Source: an uncultured Thermococci archaeon
Lineage (GTDB): Archaea > Methanobacteriota_B > Thermococci > Thermococcales > Thermococcaceae
NCBI GenBank assembly: GCA_964615185.1
Contig: CAZTOS010000040.1
Location: 1-20,727 of the forward strand
Length of the DNA stretch: 20,727 bases
Direction of reading: 5' to 3'
Both the position numbers and the translations under genes were made by a program. Under the pieces are notes generated by a model that saw nothing but the letters and a program-made list of their open reading frames with translations, was not told the origin of the DNA and did not search any database. This document shows, one piece after another, positions 16,583-20,727 of this stretch. Each line of letters begins with the position of its first letter. Positions within the stretch are counted from its first letter, which is position 1.

Positions 16583-17764
16583 TCACCTCAACTCAACAAC
16601 GTGGGTTGTACATGGTATACAAGGGTCATACAAACGCATAACAGCCTCTGCAGCTTGAATGCTAAGCCCCCCTGCCGCTTTTTCCATGATTGGGATGTTA
16701 AACATCGTCGGAACCACTATCTTGAAGTTCTGAATTCTGCCCTCTTCTCCAAGCTCTACATAATGGAATAACGTGCCCCTTGGAGCCTCATAAACCCCAA
16801 CTCCTCTCCCGGGTCCAAAGATTATGTTCTGAGTTCTAAAGGGTTCATTCATATTGATTTGGTCGAGAATTTCTTCCAGCCTTTCAAGGGCTATTGTTAT
16901 TTCTTCAACTCTCGCCAGGTGAATGCCAAAGAGAGAATTGTCTCTGAAAGACCGATAAACAACCATTCTTGCTCTGGGACCAACTTCAATGGCTTTCCCT
17001 TTATAAAATGCAACTTGAGTTGTAGCCTCTCTTGCTATGTCTTCGTTCTCACCTTTGTAGTCCCAGTAAGGAACTGTCTTCACGGCATCTGGGGAAACAT
17101 TGTACTCATCACCATAGAACATGTGCGAAGCAAGATATTCAGGAGTGAACTTCTTTTCTTTAAGCTCCATGGCAATCTCAGTTAAATATCCCTCATCCAC
17201 CAAATAAGGCATTATCTCAGCCCAGAGTGACTTAAGTTCTGGTAGCCTTGCCTTAAGATTATTGAATATGCTCCACTTTGGAACTTTTAGAAGGCCCCCA
17301 ATTGTTAGATATGGAGGATGAGTCGCAGCACCTCCCAGCTTAAGCAGATAATCGCTTATCTTTCCATGAAGGGTCATCAGCTTAAAGATAACTTCCATCC
17401 TTTTCTCCTCAATTATGAAGTCTCCAGCAATCATTACCAATTGGAGGATATGGCTCTGGATCCTGTTTACCAAGCCAAGAGCCTCTCTAATTAGTAAACC
17501 ATTCCTAGGAGGCAAGATTCCCAAAGCATTTTCTATTGCCTCTGCCGCTGCATTTCCATGGGATGAGTGACAAAGACCACAAATTCTCATGACGGCTTCA
17601 ACTGCAAAAAGAGGATTCTTCCCTATAACTAATTTCTCAAATCCCCTCACCGGAGCGGTAGCGACAAAATTAGCTTGCTTAACAGTGCCATCCTCATGAT
17701 AGAGAATTAATTTAGCCTCACCAGCAACTCTGCAGAGCTCATCTATTTGAAGATACTCGCCCAT
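16583..17764 (-). CDS. frhA: F420-reducing hydrogenase-like [NiFe] large (alpha) subunit, group 3a-related
   Basis: RICGLCH, YEAPRGTLFH, DPCIPCTTH. First gene of frhAGB. SD GGAGGGA at 17771-17777. Confidence 0.92.
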   Translation of the reverse strand: MGEYLQIDELCRVAGEAKLILYHEDGTVKQANFVATAPVRGFEKLVIGKNPLFAVEAVMRICGLCHSSHGNAAAEAIENALGILPPRNGLLIREALGLVNRIQSHILQLVMIAGDFIIEEKRMEVIFKLMTLHGKISDYLLKLGGAATHPPYLTIGGLLKVPKWSIFNNLKARLPELKSLWAEIMPYLVDEGYLTEIAMELKEKKFTPEYLASHMFYGDEYNVSPDAVKTVPYWDYKGENEDIAREATTQVAFYKGKAIEVGPRARMVVYRSFRDNSLFGIHLARVEEITIALERLEEILDQINMNEPFRTQNIIFGPGRGVGVYEAPRGTLFHYVELGEEGRIQNFKIVVPTMFNIPIMEKAAGGLSIQAAEAVMRLYDPCIPCTTHVVELR

Positions 17765-17816
17765 TCACTATCCCTCCATCTCTGAATTTCTCTTCATGAT
17801 TTGTTATGAAAACTTA

Positions 17817-17832
17817 GGATAAAAGGATTTTC
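17817..17832 (-). promoter_or_regulatory. BRE/TATA promoter of frhAGB
   Basis: Minus strand GAAAATCCTTTTATCC about 55 nt upstream of the frhA ATG. Confidence 0.55.
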
Positions 17833-17834
17833 TG

Positions 17835-17851
17835 AACCAAAAGTTTAGAAC
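17835..17851. promoter_or_regulatory. SurR binding site (long motif, reverse orientation)
   Basis: Plus strand AAC-CAAAA-GTT-TAG-AAC, i.e. GTTn3AACn5GTT on the minus strand, abutting the BRE. Confidence 0.8.
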
Positions 17852-18024
17852 ATAAAAGTTTTAGCTTAAAATAGCACCACCAAGGGGAAAAATTGCAAAC
17901 TAAAGGATACAATGTTTAATTACTTCAAAAAATGTCCTATGTCCTACTTGCAATTTTGAGCACACTTTTGCAGTTTTCAAAAATTTATCATCAAAGGAAT
18001 AAATCCGAAACTCTTATCAAAAAT

Positions 18025-18038
18025 GCAAACCTTTATAA
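18025..18038 (+). promoter_or_regulatory. BRE/TATA promoter of the TRAM gene
   Basis: GCAAACCTTTATAA; predicts a TSS near 18058-18062. Confidence 0.65.
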
Positions 18039-18106
18039 GCAGAGGAACATAGTAAGAATGGCGCTCTTCTGAAGAGCGTTGAAATATTCGAAAGGAGATA
18101 TTGGAA

Positions 18107-18334
18107 ATGTATGGAGATAGATTTGATGGAAATAGAGACAGATTTGGCAGAGTAGCCCCAGTTAAGGTTGGAGAAAGATACACTGTTAAAATCGAAAGTA
18201 TAGGAAAAGGCGGAGACGGTATAGCCAGGATTAAGGGCTTTGTTGTGTTTGTTCCAAACACCAAAGTCGGTCAGGAAGTTGAGATTGTAATTAACTCTGT
18301 CAAGAGAAAGTTTGCTTTTGGGGAAGTTATTTGA
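18107..18334 (+). CDS. Single TRAM-domain RNA-binding protein (archaeal RNA chaperone family)
   Basis: [40 protein letters not shown] is the typical archaeal stand-alone TRAM sequence. ATG 18107 follows AGGAG (ORF track TTG 18101). Confidence 0.92.
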   Translation: MYGDRFDGNRDRFGRVAPVKVGERYTVKIESIGKGGDGIARIKGFVVFVPNTKVGQEVEIVINSVKRKFAFGEVI

Positions 18335-19064
18335 TTAGAGTACTTTCGAACATTACTACACCACTACTGTCAATTTCAAAGGGGATATATAAGAGTGAGT
18401 GTTTTGTTCCTCTCATTTTTCTTATTAAAGCTTCTCTGCGATATTTTATGACACTTCCCACGGATTTAATTTCTCTAATCCTTAACTCTATGATACCAGA
18501 AAATAAAAATTCGGCACCTATGTCTGACAGCTTTTTAAAACTTTGAGACGAAATCACAAATGTCGTTATATTAAGTTTCCTAAGAAATACAATTAAGCTA
18601 AGCAGAGCATCTCTCATATTACTCTCTGTTAATCTGAACATTAAAAGGGGTAACGAATCTATCACCAGTCTCTTAGCATTAACAAAAGATAGTGCTCGGT
18701 AAAGATACCGAAAGAAGGTTTCTAAGCTAAATTTCTTTTCCTCTATTATTAGCAAAGAGCTACCTAAGGGTAAACCCATGCTTACTGAAACACCATCAAC
18801 AACTAAAAGCCTCCCAGCTTTCTCAAGTTTGTCAAAATCCCATCCAAAAGAGCGCATATATCTTTTAAACACCTGAGCAGGTTCATTAAAAGTAACATAA
18901 ACTCCAGGCTCACCGTATTTAACAACGCCATTGTACAGGAACTGTGCCGAGAGCACAGTCTTACCCGTACCACTCTCACCAAGTATTAAAACGGTAGATC
19001 CCTCAGGAATACCACCATTGAGTGCTTCATCAAGGAGTTTTAAGCCCGTTTTTACCCGTTTCAT
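18327..19064 (-). CDS. Single-domain KaiC/RAD55-like RecA-superfamily ATPase
   Basis: [13 protein letters not shown], Walker A GESGTGKT, Walker B RLVIDS, Arg finger IRKMRGT. Confidence 0.9.
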   Translation of the reverse strand: MKRVKTGLKLLDEALNGGIPEGSTVLILGESGTGKTVLSAQFLYNGVVKYGEPGVYVTFNEPAQVFKRYMRSFGWDFDKLEKAGRLLVVDGVSVSMGLPLGSSLLIIEEKKFSLETFFRYLYRALSFVNAKRLVIDSLPLLMFRLTESNMRDALLSLIVFLRKLNITTFVISSQSFKKLSDIGAEFLFSGIIELRIREIKSVGSVIKYRREALIRKMRGTKHSLLYIPFEIDSSGVVMFESTLIK

Positions 19065-19087
19065 TATTTTCCAATATAAATCTACCG

Positions 19088-19103
19088 ATATATAATCGTT
19101 TTC
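19088..19103 (-). promoter_or_regulatory. BRE/TATA for a leaderless KaiC-like transcript
   Basis: Minus strand GAAAACGATTATATAT with TATA 24-31 nt before ATG 19064; no SD. Confidence 0.55.
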
Positions 19104-19162
19104 ATTGCTACAAGAGGTTTTCCTATAGTGACATTCGCCAGAAAAGGGGCAATTTCATCCAA

Positions 19163-19175
19163 TTAACTTTTTAAA
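19163..19175 (+). promoter_or_regulatory. TATA for a leaderless mtaB transcript
   Basis: AACTTTTTAAA about 25-30 nt before ATG 19200; no SD. Confidence 0.55.
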
Positions 19176-19199
19176 TTAACGACCTTAAGTTAGTTCGCA

Positions 19200-20474
19200 A
19201 TGAGAGTTCACATTGAAACTTATGGATGCACAAGGAATAAAGCAGATGCAGAAATCATGGAAGCCCTCTTGGTTAGTGCGGGTCATGAAATAGTTGATTT
19301 GGATAGTGCAGAGTATGTAATCGTGAACACTTGTGCTGTGAAAGACCCAACAGAAAAGCATATGAGAAAGAGAATTAAAGAGCTCCTTGATGCTGGCAAA
19401 AAGGTTATTGTCACCGGTTGCTTGCCCCATATTAACATTAAAGCAATAGATGAGAGGGTATCGGCAATCTTGGGTGTTAAAAGCATAGACAGGATTGTTG
19501 AAGCCATTGAGCTATCAGAAAGGGGAGTAAAACTCGTTGATGTAGAGCAGAGGGAGATAGACAAGCTTGAACTTCCAAGAGTTTGGAAGAGCAAAGTAGT
19601 TTTTGTTGTGCCAATCAGTGAGGGTTGTTTGAATGCGTGCACATATTGTGCAACACGCTTTGCAAGAGGAATTCTTAAGAGCTATTCCCCAGAGAAAATT
19701 GTCAGATGGGTTAAAGAAGCATTGGCTAAAGGTTATAGGGAGATACAGCTTTCAAGCGAAGACACTGGCTGCTATGGTTTTGATATTGGGACAAACTTAG
19801 CTGAGCTTTTAGACGAACTTACGTCCATAGAAGGAGAGTTTAGAATTAGAGTCGGCATGATGAACCCAAATCATGTCATAAAGTTCCTCGATGAGCTAAT
19901 TGATGCCTACAAAGATGAAAAGATTTACAAATTCTTGCATTTGCCAGTTCAGAGTGGAGATAATGAAATTCTAAGGAAAATGGGCAGAACATACACAGTT
20001 GAAGATTTCGAGGACATAGTTAAGGCTTTTAGGAAAGAGTTCCCAGAGCTGAACTTAAATACAGATATAATTGTAGGATTTCCGGGAGAAAGCGAAGAGG
20101 CTTTCCAGAACACCGTTGAGCTCATAAAGAGAGTCAAGCCGGATAAGATAAATGTTTCAAGATTCTCTCCAAGACCCGGAACTTTAGCGGCAAGAATGCC
20201 AAACCAGATAGTTGGCTGGCGTGTTAAAGAGCGCTCCCGCTATCTTCACCGCTTAAGGTTAGCTATAAGCTATGAGATAAACCAGAAATATGTTGGAAAA
20301 GATGTCTTAGTTTTAACACACGGGGAAGGAAAGAAAGGAGGAGTTGAAGGCAGAACGATGAACTACAAAGAGATAATTCTACCAGAGGCTCCAATTGGCG
20401 AATTCGTGAAAGTAAAAGTCACGAAGGCAACTGCAACTTATCTGATGGGAAAGCTTGTTACATCCCTTCTTTGA
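19200..20474 (+). CDS. mtaB: tRNA t6A37 methylthiotransferase, archaeal MiaB-like radical SAM (MtaB/CDKAL1 type)
   Basis: UPF0004 domain (ETYGC..N, VNTCAV, VTGCL), radical SAM CLNACTYC, FLHLPVQSG, DIIVGFPGE, FSPRPGT, C-terminal TRAM domain. Confidence 0.92.
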   Translation: MRVHIETYGCTRNKADAEIMEALLVSAGHEIVDLDSAEYVIVNTCAVKDPTEKHMRKRIKELLDAGKKVIVTGCLPHINIKAIDERVSAILGVKSIDRIVEAIELSERGVKLVDVEQREIDKLELPRVWKSKVVFVVPISEGCLNACTYCATRFARGILKSYSPEKIVRWVKEALAKGYREIQLSSEDTGCYGFDIGTNLAELLDELTSIEGEFRIRVGMMNPNHVIKFLDELIDAYKDEKIYKFLHLPVQSGDNEILRKMGRTYTVEDFEDIVKAFRKEFPELNLNTDIIVGFPGESEEAFQNTVELIKRVKPDKINVSRFSPRPGTLAARMPNQIVGWRVKERSRYLHRLRLAISYEINQKYVGKDVLVLTHGEGKKGGVEGRTMNYKEIILPEAPIGEFVKVKVTKATATYLMGKLVTSLL

Positions 20475-20681
20475 AATACGAAAGCCGTATTAACTTTGGT
20501 TGATTCGGGGTTTTAGAGGAGGGGAGAGGTTTATTGATTTAGTGGGTGAATACAATAAATAGAATACAAAGACTACGAGAGCTTCAAAAAGTTATTCTGA
20601 GCTTTGTAAGCTCCATGAAGTCTCCAAAATGACAATCTTAGATGTAAATTCTAAATTTCAGATAACAGTTTAGGCACAACC

Positions 20682-20695
20682 ACAAAATTTATAAA
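20682..20695 (+). promoter_or_regulatory. BRE/TATA promoter for a gene beyond the right edge
   Basis: ACAAAATTTATAAA. Confidence 0.6.
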
Positions 20696-20697
20696 CG

Positions 20698-20727
20698 ACG
20701 TAAAGTAAACTTTACGTAAAGTAAACT
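20698..20727. repeat. 16-bp-period tandem repeat of a palindromic unit, probable repressor operator
   Basis: ACGTAAAGTAAACT occurs at 20698-20711 and 20714-20727. It contains the inverted repeat ACGTAAAGT-AA-ACTTTACGT and the perfect palindrome ACTTTACGTAAAGT. Truncated by the window edge. Confidence 0.7.

Noticed and set aside
17793..17810. Imperfect palindrome TTCATGA-TTTG-TTATGAA near the frh TSS
   Set aside because: Short, AT-rich and mismatched; not distinguishable from background without conservation data.
18327..19064. Circadian clock KaiC or DNA-repair RadA/RadB
   Set aside because: Single domain, no kaiA/kaiB nearby and no RadA N-terminal domain; best called a KaiC-like ATPase of unknown function.
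207..20137. Many alternative-frame and antisense ORFs in the track (e.g. 848-1393, 3528-3866, 11157-11549, 12044-12532, 16859-17185, 17977-18264, 19283-19642)
   Set aside because: They lie wholly or largely over well-supported genes, have no recognisable motifs or SD sites, and show shadow-ORF composition.
20608..20623. 16-nt match AAGCTCCATGAAGTCT also found near 1595-1610 in the small-subunit gene
   Set aside because: A single short match without flanking similarity is compatible with chance.
20475..20635. Small hairpin AATACG-AAAGC-CGTATT, a GAGGAGGGG tract and a 28-codon GTG ORF starting at 20546
   Set aside because: SD spacing is poor and there is no recognisable product. It could be a decayed gene remnant but cannot be supported.
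20698..20727. Start of a CRISPR array
   Set aside because: The unit is 16 bp and directly tandem with no spacers, and there are no cas genes in the window.

Overview
Archaeal DNA, almost certainly Thermococcales. This is inferred from GGAGGTGA Shine-Dalgarno sites, BRE/TATA promoters, SurR boxes and gene content. About 17.7 kb on the minus strand forms a hydrogen/formate energy-conservation island. In transcription order it holds: (i) an F420-reducing-hydrogenase-like [NiFe] cluster frhA-frhG-frhB; (ii) a second, intact but diverged frhA paralogue plus fdhD; (iii) a formate hydrogenlyase operon (formate dehydrogenase alpha with Cys ligand, a 4x[4Fe-4S] partner, three antiporter-like membrane subunits, HycD-, HycE-, HycF- and HycG-like subunits, a small acidic ORF and an FNT formate channel); (iv) the start of an Mrp/Mnh antiporter operon at the left edge, missed by the ORF track. 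This matches the known fdh-mfh-mnh architecture used for formate-driven H2 production. Both main promoters carry a perfect SurR long motif (GTTn3AACn5GTT) just upstream of BRE/TATA. The right end encodes a single-TRAM RNA-binding protein with a 5' hairpin, a single-domain KaiC-like ATPase and an archaeal MtaB tRNA methylthiotransferase, then a promoter with a tandem palindromic operator at the window edge. The most unusual signals are the extra catalytic FrhA, apparently with its own leaderless promoter shared with fdhD, and the rearranged N-terminal proton-transfer glutamate motif in both FrhA copies. Several ORF-track starts were corrected using Shine-Dalgarno positions.
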